In this document: positions 48,369 through 57,434 of the stretch, one piece after another
Position numbering within the stretch: the first letter of the stretch is position 1
How the letters are laid out: each line of letters begins with the position of its first letter
Assembly: GCA_003819715.1 (NCBI GenBank)
Contig: RPQN01000016.1
Coordinates: 2,073 to 66,072 of the forward strand
Reading direction: 5' to 3'
DNA: 64,000 bases
Source of the DNA: Ignavibacteriota bacterium
GTDB lineage: Bacteria > Bacteroidota > Ignavibacteria > UBA10030
Position numbers and translations under genes: made by a program
Notes under the pieces: model-generated
What the model was told of the DNA's origin: nothing
Databases searched by the model: none
What the model saw: the letters and a program-made list of their open reading frames with translations, nothing else

Positions 48369-48615
48369 TCTCCAAGATTATTGAATTAGAAAATCGTGAA
48401 TTAATTGTTTCCCCTGTTGTTGTCGGAATGATCTATCCGACGTTCTTTTGCATCGATTTATTCATCGAGCATGACTTCAACAATAAATCTCTCTGTGAAC
48501 GGGACACACCCCCTTTCGTTGCATTAATTTTGTGAATTGAGATTTACAAATAATACCCCCTTCTGTGATTTGGTTTACTCCTGTTTTTTAATCTGTTATT
48601 TGCCTTAAACCTACC

Positions 48616-50541
48616 TCATTCATGAACGCGAGTGGAATTTTCACATTCTTCCAGTTTCGAAATCAACAGGTTATCCGACGAGTTGTTTTTGAGCTGCGCC
48701 AGAATTTCATTCCCCTTGTCAAACTGTGATGTCTTGAAATATGCCCGTCCAAGGTTATACAACAGGACCGAATTCATCGGGTCTTGCTGCCGCGCTTTTT
48801 CGAGGAAGGGAATTCCTTTTGCTACCTCTTGTTGAAGAAGGTAAATCTGCCCCGTCCATTGGTTGACAAAAGCGGTTTGCTGATACTGCGACAACCTCTG
48901 CAACAGGTCCAGTGCTTCGGAATAATTTTTCATCTCCACCAGCACCTTAAGGGCGGGTTCATAAAATAAATCGACATAGGGAACCGTATAAATCAATGCA
49001 CGGTATTCATGATACGCGTTCTGAAATTCTCTTCTTGCCTCATAATAGTTTGCCAGTGCGAGATGAGCCTGTTCCAGTGTGAGGTCCCCGGAGACGAGAA
49101 TCGCAGCAGCGAGAGAATCGACCTTGGTCTGCGGGTGGAAAAAACCGATGGTCAGCTCTGTCTTTTGTTCTTTATTGAACGGCCACCGGCTCCTGAGCCT
49201 GCGTATTAAATCCGCGGCAACCACACTATCCAATGCGGTCACTCCCCATCGCTCTTGATAATACCCGGATGGTTTGATCAGGCGCTCATTCCAGAGTGCC
49301 GCAATAAAGTTTTCTTTTCTCATCGTTTCAAAAAAAGCATCGGCCATCAGAAAATAGCCGTTTATATTGGGATGGACATGCTCATGCAGCAATTCATTGC
49401 CAACAATGCCATGGGACGAACGAGATTCAAAATACGCTTTCAGCGGAACGACAGGGACTTGAAATTCCGCAGCAACGGAATGAATAACCGCATTGAATTC
49501 TTCCGGTGCACGAAACCTCAGAGCATCCAGATCTTTTGCCCAGGTATAATTTTTCTTCGCCTCTTCGTAGTTCCCCTGCTGTTCATAAGACTGCGCGGCG
49601 GCATACACGGTCTGGGCTGAAGGATAACCGCTTCCTTCGACAGACTCAAACGGCGCATTATTCCGAATATTGCTCACTATTTCACTAACAAGAACTTTCA
49701 CTCCCGCGTTCTCTGCCTTCCGGATGATGCCCGTCAAATTATCTTTGAACTGGTTTAAACCCGCTTGATACTCGCTGCTCCCAAAGGGAATAATTTTACT
49801 CTCCACAATACGTTCCATCAATGTCGCGGAGGGGTCGGCATTTTTTGTGTTCGAGTGATTGAGGGGAAGTTGTTGTTTAAGAACGGCAAGAGAGTTTCTA
49901 ATTAATTGATAAATTCGCAGATCCTGCAGGCTCAGGGAGGCCTTCACCATCCATCGATATTTGCCGGCCGACTCCATGGAGCCGACGCCCAGGGCGCCAT
50001 AGTATTCGTTATGGCCTGTGTAAATGAGAATGGCATCCGGCTGCTGCGCCAAAATCTCATCCATAAAATCAAGTTCGGTATAGGTGTTGATTGCGGTCAG
50101 CGCCGTATTGACCACCTCGATATATTTGTCCGGAAAAGCATCAGAGAGCCGGCGATTCAATATGCGGGAAAACGTCACATTGTTCCCGTAAGGAAATCCG
50201 GCAGCACTAGATTCCCCCAAGACGAAAATTCGATACCCATTGCCCGGTTTTACTTTTAAGAAAAGGTCCTTCCGCGGCGTCGGCACATCGGCCAGGGTGG
50301 TGAAATACCGTTTCGCGACCTCTCCATTGATGCCGTCATACGGCGATGACGCATCAGGGATGGACACAAACAGCGGTATGCTGCCGCCATAATGGAATAT
50401 CCGCAGACCTCCTTCGAGTACACCAAGGACAAGAAAGGGGAAGAGAAGAGTGAGAATCAAAAATACCCTTCTCTTACGCGAAGAGATACCCGCTCGTTCC
50501 CGCACCGGGAGGGGTTCACTATGTGGTTTCTTTTGTTTCAC
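48616..50541 (-). CDS. Membrane-anchored SGNH/GDSL-hydrolase-like protein with C-terminal TPR repeats
   Basis: It has an N-terminal TM segment, the SGNH block I motif FVLGESSAAGFPYG, and helical TPR-like repeats in the last 250 aa or so. Confidence 0.65.
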   Translation of the reverse strand: MKQKKPHSEPLPVRERAGISSRKRRVFLILTLLFPFLVLGVLEGGLRIFHYGGSIPLFVSIPDASSPYDGINGEVAKRYFTTLADVPTPRKDLFLKVKPGNGYRIFVLGESSAAGFPYGNNVTFSRILNRRLSDAFPDKYIEVVNTALTAINTYTELDFMDEILAQQPDAILIYTGHNEYYGALGVGSMESAGKYRWMVKASLSLQDLRIYQLIRNSLAVLKQQLPLNHSNTKNADPSATLMERIVESKIIPFGSSEYQAGLNQFKDNLTGIIRKAENAGVKVLVSEIVSNIRNNAPFESVEGSGYPSAQTVYAAAQSYEQQGNYEEAKKNYTWAKDLDALRFRAPEEFNAVIHSVAAEFQVPVVPLKAYFESRSSHGIVGNELLHEHVHPNINGYFLMADAFFETMRKENFIAALWNERLIKPSGYYQERWGVTALDSVVAADLIRRLRSRWPFNKEQKTELTIGFFHPQTKVDSLAAAILVSGDLTLEQAHLALANYYEARREFQNAYHEYRALIYTVPYVDLFYEPALKVLVEMKNYSEALDLLQRLSQYQQTAFVNQWTGQIYLLQQEVAKGIPFLEKARQQDPMNSVLLYNLGRAYFKTSQFDKGNEILAQLKNNSSDNLLISKLEECENSTRVHE

Positions 50542-50573
50542 TCACGTTCTCATTCACCGGTCGCTTCAACTTC

Positions 50574-53500
50574 CTATCGCAGCAACAACATTTTCCTTGT
50601 TTGATGGAATTGCCCCGCGGCAATTCGACAAAGGTACATTCCTGAATTCAATCCCGTTGCATCAAAGCGGACCGCATGCCGTCCTGCCGGTTCAACTTCC
50701 TGCACCAGGGTTTTTACTTCTCTCCCGAGAACATCATAGATTCGAAGAGAGACGAAACTTTCATCCTTCACTGAATATTCAATGGTCGTCGATGGATTAA
50801 ATGGATTGGGATAATTCTGATGCAGCGAGAATTCCACCGGCCGGGCACCGCTTTTTTCATCCTGAACTGCAGCAGGATTTCTCCTGAAAATTTCCAATGC
50901 ACTGAGTTTTGCGTTATCCACCACACTCAGAAAAGAAATATTGATGGATCCGTCCCGGAGGTCAACCGGTACGACAACGTCGTACGCCGAATACTTGCCG
51001 GAACGAAAATATAGGTCGAGATTATGAATTACTTCATTTCCTTCCATGGTGACGGAAAATACCCGTGCTCCCGGATTATCCTGGTATATCTCGGAAAATT
51101 TAAGAACCACATTGTACTGATCATTCGGCAGCGGAATACTATAGCTAAAATTTCCGTATCGCTCTGTTTGATACAATGCATCATCCTGTGTATGGTCGAT
51201 CGCAGCCGTCGTCGAATATGTCTGTCCGCCGGAAACAAATCCGCTCGCCGCATCCCCCGTAAATTGAATCCCGCCTGCAGACTGAAATGCGCTTCCCCCG
51301 GCGTTCACGGCAATGAGCGATGTTCCATTATTGCTTCGCGGAGTGCTGATGATAACATCGGCACTGGGTCCTGAAATATTTTGGGCATCAAAGGCTTTCA
51401 CTCTATACGTATATTCCGTGGATGCAAGAAGACCGGTATCCGTGTACGATGTGTCCGTGGAATTGAGTCTTGCCAGCTGCTGAAAACTTCCACTCTTCTT
51501 TATTTCTACAATATATCCCGATACATCACCCGGTGCGGCATTCCACGTGAGCTGGACCATACTCGGGTTTACTGCGGAACTCCGAATATTTTTTGGAGCG
51601 GCCAATACCTGGGCCGCTGATTTTGCCTTCCCTTCAATAAGAATAGTCAACCCACTTGCGGGGATTGTCCCCGACCAATTAATTTTTATATGGGATTGAC
51701 CGCCTGTACCCATTCGAGAATAAGACGTATTCGTCCCATTGACGGTGAGTGAAGTAACTGCCGACGCGGTATCCGCATAAAGATCCCATACATACAATGC
51801 GGAGACATTCATCGATCGATCCGGCATAAAGACAATCTGCTGATTTTGATAGGAGTCACCGGTGGCGTTATAATTCATAACCGCATATCCGTCCGGAGTG
51901 ATGATCAACGCATTTTGTAACTGATGAGTTGATGTGTCGATCAGCTTCGGTTCAAGCCACATTTCGCCGGAATATTTATTTTGATGAAATCCAACGATAT
52001 CGTAATAGTTGCGCCAGAGGACCGGAATGCTGATATATTGGTTTGTTCCCTGGGTGCTGGTCGCTGTCCATATCGGCGTTGTACTCCTGGGCGGGATCCC
52101 TAATTGCTGATTAAACACCAGGTTTCTATTTAAATAATTCCGATCATACATATCCTTTTGTAAACTCGACCATATAGTAATTCTATTGGTCTGCAGGGCA
52201 TAGCCGGCAAGATGGCTCACCAGGTACGGCGACCATTCAGAATATGAACCCCCCGTGTATCCCATCCCTTTATTCAGGGGGTCGTAGTAATTGGAGATGG
52301 TGGAGAACAGAGAATTTATTTTCTTCGCAGTCCAGCAGGAATCCATCTTTAAAAAGTTCGCGATCCATGGTCCGCCGAGAGCGCTTTCACAATACTGCCC
52401 GGACGGGAACGAAGCACTCAAATACCTGTTTTCAAAACCGATCCTCGCTTTTTGAAATGCATCATTAAAGGTTGCCGCGGTCTGATGATCTCCCATCACT
52501 CCCGCAAGCTCATTCAATATTCTGTACGTCACAACGGATAATCCGGAGTTGTACGCCTGTGAATTACCGCCTGCATCATACGAACTGAGAGATGTTGAAA
52601 ATGTATAGGGATACTCGGAACTGCCGTAGAGCCCAACCTGCTCGAGGATTCGGTCCCCCGCCTTGACGGCATAAGGCCAAAAAGAGAACAGCCGGGTTTG
52701 ATCTCCCGTCGCAATGAACGCCTCGTAAAGAGAAATGATAAACCCGCAATTCAGGTCGACCCACTCATCAATGGCGCGGTAATCCGTATGCTCCGTCGCA
52801 TCCCATGCGACATAATTAAAATTTTCGCCCACGTCATGATGGATCTGGCCCGGGAATGAACTGACATGCTGGGTCCGCGCCCACCATTCGAGTTCCCGCC
52901 ACGCAAGGTCCGGGTTGATCATGGTATAAATTTGACGCGCGTGCCACATTTGATCCATGGTTCCTTCGGGTGTCCACATTCCTTCGGTGTGACAATATCT
53001 TCCGTCTTTGAGGAACACGCTGTTGTTCACGAGATTGACGAGTGAATTTAACGTCTGATCCTGCAGCCAGGGCGGAAGATTCGATGCACGCATGCGCCTG
53101 ACCAATTCATTGTCTGTATTTGCAAATGAATCAAAGTTTTTGAGCGCAGAGACAGCGGCGTCATGAGCACTGCCCCACAATACGGAATACCTGTAATGAT
53201 CCAGATTATCGCTTTTATACCATGCAAGGACAAACCGGAGTGTTTTCGATTCGCCGGGATTCAAGGAGACTCGCAAGGACAACCGGTTGGTGGTTCCAGC
53301 CAGATTATTATTGCACAATCCTGTCGAAAAAAATCCGCTGTCATTTCCGTATGTCACTGTCCCGTTCGGATTATTATTGATGACTCCAATCATGGCCAAT
53401 TGCAGAGATGATGAACTGGACGAAAAGCCGGAGTCCGGAATTGCCGTTGGACCTGCATCGGTTCTCATTTGAAAAGCGACCGCCGCCTGCACGGAATCGC

Positions 53501-53960
53501 TTTGATTATTACGCACCGTAAATTCGTATAATGCACATGGATGCGTCATCATATCGACCGAGCGGGGATCAAACGGTATATATCCGGTCATATCCACGGT
53601 GAGACCATTGATATCGCCAAAGTGTACCATGTGCGCCGGAAATATCGCATCGTCGTTGACCGATCCGGCTTTCTGTTCCGCCGCCAGCTTTTGAGAGGCA
53701 ACGATCGTGTTTCCCCTTTTTGTAAATATCTGAAATTGAGCTGCAGTCAATGGCTGATAATCACCGTTCCTTGTCGGCGAACGAAAGTTTGCGGAAAACG
53801 TTCCGCTGCCCGCATTATATTTTATCGCCCCGCTCCCCAGACCCCCCAGGGGCAAGCCGGTTGTCCCGTTGACCTGAGCCTGAAGATTGACAGTAAAAAT
53901 CATGAGTATTGATATCCCGATCTTATTCATCTCATACCGCACATCGGAAAAACACATCAC
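50574..53960 (-). CDS. GH116-like beta-glucosidase/glucosylceramidase with Fn3 and malectin-like carbohydrate-binding domains and a T9SS CTD
   Basis: The GH116 N-domain signature is PLGGLGSGAI and an (alpha/alpha)6-type catalytic region follows. The Fn3 segment is PSMVQLTWNAAPGDVSGYIVEI...YTYRVKAFD. The malectin-like block is LYQTERYGNFSYSIPLPNDQYNVVLKFSEIY. The CTD is QNYPNPFNPSTTIEY. The likely start is M11. Confidence 0.7.
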   Translation of the reverse strand: MMCFSDVRYEMNKIGISILMIFTVNLQAQVNGTTGLPLGGLGSGAIKYNAGSGTFSANFRSPTRNGDYQPLTAAQFQIFTKRGNTIVASQKLAAEQKAGSVNDDAIFPAHMVHFGDINGLTVDMTGYIPFDPRSVDMMTHPCALYEFTVRNNQSDSVQAAVAFQMRTDAGPTAIPDSGFSSSSSSLQLAMIGVINNNPNGTVTYGNDSGFFSTGLCNNNLAGTTNRLSLRVSLNPGESKTLRFVLAWYKSDNLDHYRYSVLWGSAHDAAVSALKNFDSFANTDNELVRRMRASNLPPWLQDQTLNSLVNLVNNSVFLKDGRYCHTEGMWTPEGTMDQMWHARQIYTMINPDLAWRELEWWARTQHVSSFPGQIHHDVGENFNYVAWDATEHTDYRAIDEWVDLNCGFIISLYEAFIATGDQTRLFSFWPYAVKAGDRILEQVGLYGSSEYPYTFSTSLSSYDAGGNSQAYNSGLSVVTYRILNELAGVMGDHQTAATFNDAFQKARIGFENRYLSASFPSGQYCESALGGPWIANFLKMDSCWTAKKINSLFSTISNYYDPLNKGMGYTGGSYSEWSPYLVSHLAGYALQTNRITIWSSLQKDMYDRNYLNRNLVFNQQLGIPPRSTTPIWTATSTQGTNQYISIPVLWRNYYDIVGFHQNKYSGEMWLEPKLIDTSTHQLQNALIITPDGYAVMNYNATGDSYQNQQIVFMPDRSMNVSALYVWDLYADTASAVTSLTVNGTNTSYSRMGTGGQSHIKINWSGTIPASGLTILIEGKAKSAAQVLAAPKNIRSSAVNPSMVQLTWNAAPGDVSGYIVEIKKSGSFQQLARLNSTDTSYTDTGLLASTEYTYRVKAFDAQNISGPSADVIISTPRSNNGTSLIAVNAGGSAFQSAGGIQFTGDAASGFVSGGQTYSTTAAIDHTQDDALYQTERYGNFSYSIPLPNDQYNVVLKFSEIYQDNPGARVFSVTMEGNEVIHNLDLYFRSGKYSAYDVVVPVDLRDGSINISFLSVVDNAKLSALEIFRRNPAAVQDEKSGARPVEFSLHQNYPNPFNPSTTIEYSVKDESFVSLRIYDVLGREVKTLVQEVEPAGRHAVRFDATGLNSGMYLCRIAAGQFHQTRKMLLLR

Positions 53961-53992
53961 CTCGCACTTTTTGACTTTCCACCGCTCTTCTC

Positions 53993-55702
53993 TTACTTGA
54001 CCAGCACCATTTTCCTGGTTTGGGTGAACCCATTTGCCGTGATGGTATAAAAGTACACGCCGGTCCTCATGGGAGCGTTCTGGGAATTATCCAGGTTGTT
54101 AAATGTCACCTTATGGGTTCCCGATTGCTGGATTTCGTCGACCAGTTTCGCCACTTCCCGTCCCAGCACATCGTACACCTTCAGTGAGACAAAACCGTCT
54201 CTCGGCAACGCATATTCAATGGTCGTTGATGGATTAAACGGATTGGGATAATTTTGCGATAACGCCCAAAGAGCCGGCGATGCTATCCCGGCATCAATAA
54301 CATCGGTCATCCGTTCGCCGGTGATCGTCAGAGTATCAGAGGTGGCTTCGGCGCCATTTTCATAGATCGTGCAATAAAATTTTATCAAGGCACCAAAGTT
54401 AATATTCCTGAAAATATCCGCTGGAATGGCGGCCCCATAGTTGTAGAGAATGGTAAATGAAGTGGTCGCCGAGGCTTGTAAATGTATTTTCATGATTCCA
54501 TTGATATTTGTATTTCGCTGCGGAATAAATTTAATTCTCAGTGTCTGGGGCGTTTGTGAGACAAATTTCCAACCCAGCACCGGAGCGTGCACTGCCCGGC
54601 GTTCCAGCACTTTTATTTCGTTTATCAGGACTGCAGCGGTATCCTGCACTCCTCCCGGGTTCATCTGGAATTTGACGAACCGTACAGCGCGTGGGCTGAA
54701 CGAGGCAATATATTTGAGAATATTTTTTTCGCTGAGCAATAACGTGTCAACAATTGTCGTATCGGAAACCGTAGACCATGCAACGGAATCCTGAGAGAGC
54801 GCCAAGGTAAAGGAGAGATTGGTTCGCTTCGATTTAGTAAAATGAATCTGGATGAGGTCGACATCCGCTGCTGTGCCAAGACTGACGATAACCGGGGTAC
54901 TCGTTGAAGTGAAACTGATTTGTGTTGCGGTGTTCCCGTCAGTAATTTCGGGCAGGAGCGTACTTCCCTGAACCACCGGCTTTTTGAGAGCAACGTTATT
55001 TTCTTTTAGAGAATCGACGCCTTTTCCGACCAGATCCTTATATAATAGTCTCGCCAATAGATCTGATCCGGCGATGAGCGGATGAATTCCATCAGGCATA
55101 AGGTCTCTTTTATCGAGAAAGGGGGTATTCAAATCGATGAGTTTTACTTTGGCTGAATCGGCAATCCGGCGGATCATCGGAATAATGTCGGCCTTAATCA
55201 CAGAATCCCTGATATCATAGGCATCGGTAAACGAAGGAAGTGGCAGGCAAATATAGATTTCAGGATGAATGGGCCGTTGTCTGAAGGTGTCGATCATCGC
55301 ATAGTAGTCGCGCATGAATTCGTCTTTATGGATCCAATTATACGGCTTCGAATCATTCGTGCCCAGTAAAATAGTGACAATATTCGGATTGAAACCCAGT
55401 GCCTGGGCAAAGAGCGGTTCATTCCAAATAGGGTAATCCCCTCTTTTGGTCAGAGTCCGTCCCGATACACCAAAGTTTTTGACATTATATCCTGCACCTA
55501 AATACCGGCCCAGTGCGACGGGGTATGCATCGAGCAATTTGGTCGACATGGCATTCCCTTCGGTAATACTATTGCCGACGCACGCAACACGTATCGTGTC
55601 CTGTTGTGAGGAGAGGATAGACGGAATGAGCGCGAGAATAACTCCCGTCAGAAATACCATTGTTGCCATGCCATGCTTCATCATTCGTTCCTCAATAACC
55701 AT
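53993..55702 (-). CDS. SGNH/GDSL carbohydrate esterase with a galactose-binding-like domain and a T9SS CTD
   Basis: It has block I VACVGNSITEG, block III LLGTNDS and block V DGIHP. The C-terminus SQNYPNPFNPSTTIEYALP...YFYTITANGFTQTRKMVLVK is a T9SS sorting domain. Confidence 0.75.
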   Translation of the reverse strand: MVIEERMMKHGMATMVFLTGVILALIPSILSSQQDTIRVACVGNSITEGNAMSTKLLDAYPVALGRYLGAGYNVKNFGVSGRTLTKRGDYPIWNEPLFAQALGFNPNIVTILLGTNDSKPYNWIHKDEFMRDYYAMIDTFRQRPIHPEIYICLPLPSFTDAYDIRDSVIKADIIPMIRRIADSAKVKLIDLNTPFLDKRDLMPDGIHPLIAGSDLLARLLYKDLVGKGVDSLKENNVALKKPVVQGSTLLPEITDGNTATQISFTSTSTPVIVSLGTAADVDLIQIHFTKSKRTNLSFTLALSQDSVAWSTVSDTTIVDTLLLSEKNILKYIASFSPRAVRFVKFQMNPGGVQDTAAVLINEIKVLERRAVHAPVLGWKFVSQTPQTLRIKFIPQRNTNINGIMKIHLQASATTSFTILYNYGAAIPADIFRNINFGALIKFYCTIYENGAEATSDTLTITGERMTDVIDAGIASPALWALSQNYPNPFNPSTTIEYALPRDGFVSLKVYDVLGREVAKLVDEIQQSGTHKVTFNNLDNSQNAPMRTGVYFYTITANGFTQTRKMVLVK

Positions 55703-55715
55703 ACGACCACGATCA

Positions 55716-57362
55716 TTATTTTATGAGTATCATTTTCCTGGTCTGAGTGAATTGACCAGCGGTGATGGTATAAAAGTACACGCCACTTTTCATGGAAACG
55801 CCTTGCGCTTGATTCACACTGTTCCATGTGATCGTGTGCGGCCCGGACTGCTGAACCCCATGGACCAGCGTCGCCGTCTCCCGTCCCAACAGGTCGAACA
55901 CTTTGAGGGAGACAAAACCGTCCCGCGGCAATGTATATTCAATAGTGGTCGATGGATTAAAAGGATTGGGAAAATTTTGAGACAAAGAATATTCTGCGGG
56001 ACTCAACCGATGTTGATCATGGACTTCAGTTGCGACTTTGCCATAAAGAGCAATCGTTGTGATTGAGCGGGCTGGAAAATTTATCGATGATGGAAACGTC
56101 AACGTACTGTCGACCAGAACACCATTGCCGGAATCGGTCGTACACACCACTCGCCCGGTAGTCACCGTGAAATCTTGAACTGCAAGATTCCTGGTTTGAG
56201 ATTCCGATCCGATATTCATCACCACCATCGTTACATTCTTCCCATCAGGACTGATAAATGCAGAACATTTCAGAGCGGTCGTATCACTTTCAGCCGTGAC
56301 ACGGGTCCACCCGTTGGAGATATATTTTGAAAACTGCCGCAACGTCCAATAATATTTTGAAATCGAGTAGGTGCTGGACTGCATCTCAATGAGCGGCTTG
56401 CCGCCTGCCCCCCACACCAATTGCCACCAGATATATCCCGACACATTTCCATCATTAATACAATTGTGAATCAGCCAGCCGGTTTGCAGCCAATCTCCGT
56501 AATCGTATTCCGACATAAAAATCGGTTTATCTGAATACGATCGCGCAATCGATGCAAGATTGGCCTTGAAGGCATCAGGGTCAATGGAACTGTTTGACCC
56601 GGAACCTCCATTATAGAGATGGTACGCATATGCATCGAGATGGTTCTTATTTAAATTTCGAGCATAGTTTTGAAAACTATTATTTCCTATTCCCGCGACT
56701 TCCGTACCGAGGAGTTTGGGATGAATTGCGATGTCTTGAATTGCGGTGTAGACGGAATCAAGAGCTTTATTATACCCGGCATTCGTCGGATTCTCCGTTG
56801 GATCGAGGATACATGATTCCCACGTGGCAACATAATTCGGCTCGTTTTGAATGCTGATATAATCGGCGACCACTCCAAACCGGGCGTATCCTGTTACCGC
56901 ATCGGTCCAATATTTTGCGAAACTTCCATATCGATAATTTCCGTTTTTATCCTGTCTGATGGTCCCTCCATTTTCCCTGGTGTAGTTGCTCTTCAAACCA
57001 GCTTCGGGCGACCAGGAGGTCAGGAGTATTTTCAAATTATCGTTCGACAGGGCACGCAGGGCCGCAACATTCTTTGGTGTATAAGTACTATCTTCAACCT
57101 TCCCGTATCGGAAGGAATTTCTCAGTCTCAATATATCGAGTCCGAGGTCATTGATAATGAGATTATAGATTTCATCTTTTTTGGGATGAGACGCCAATTG
57201 ATCTCCTCCCCATGCGATCGCGGCACCAAATCCCACCATGGTCTGATGCGTCTCTTTCACTTTGACGACCAAATCAGCAGCACCGAGATCCATCGGATTG
57301 ATGAACAAAGAGATCAACGCGACGAAACTCAATAACAATATTTGTGGCACACGTCGGCTCAT
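55716..57362 (-). CDS. Glycoside hydrolase family 30-like (endo-xylanase/beta-1,6-glucanase type) with a T9SS CTD
   Basis: It has HQTMVGFGAAIAW, IQNEP (acid/base Glu), MSEYD (nucleophile region) and a beta-sandwich domain. The CTD is QNFPNPFNPSTTIEY. Confidence 0.7.
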   Translation of the reverse strand: MSRRVPQILLLSFVALISLFINPMDLGAADLVVKVKETHQTMVGFGAAIAWGGDQLASHPKKDEIYNLIINDLGLDILRLRNSFRYGKVEDSTYTPKNVAALRALSNDNLKILLTSWSPEAGLKSNYTRENGGTIRQDKNGNYRYGSFAKYWTDAVTGYARFGVVADYISIQNEPNYVATWESCILDPTENPTNAGYNKALDSVYTAIQDIAIHPKLLGTEVAGIGNNSFQNYARNLNKNHLDAYAYHLYNGGSGSNSSIDPDAFKANLASIARSYSDKPIFMSEYDYGDWLQTGWLIHNCINDGNVSGYIWWQLVWGAGGKPLIEMQSSTYSISKYYWTLRQFSKYISNGWTRVTAESDTTALKCSAFISPDGKNVTMVVMNIGSESQTRNLAVQDFTVTTGRVVCTTDSGNGVLVDSTLTFPSSINFPARSITTIALYGKVATEVHDQHRLSPAEYSLSQNFPNPFNPSTTIEYTLPRDGFVSLKVFDLLGRETATLVHGVQQSGPHTITWNSVNQAQGVSMKSGVYFYTITAGQFTQTRKMILIK

Positions 57363-57434
57363 TATTTTCTTCCTTGCGATGCGGAAAACAATTTCAACCG
57401 GATCGCATTGAGACTTATTTCCGGGAGAGAACAG

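Noticed and set aside
53930-53960. While testing the M11 start of the GH116 gene, my hand-counted positions were offset by 1 nt from the ORF-track frame around 53.9 kb.
   Set aside because: Translation of the hand-read sequence reproduces the ORF-track protein, so the discrepancy is a line-indexing error in my counting, not a frameshift. I used ORF-track coordinates there.
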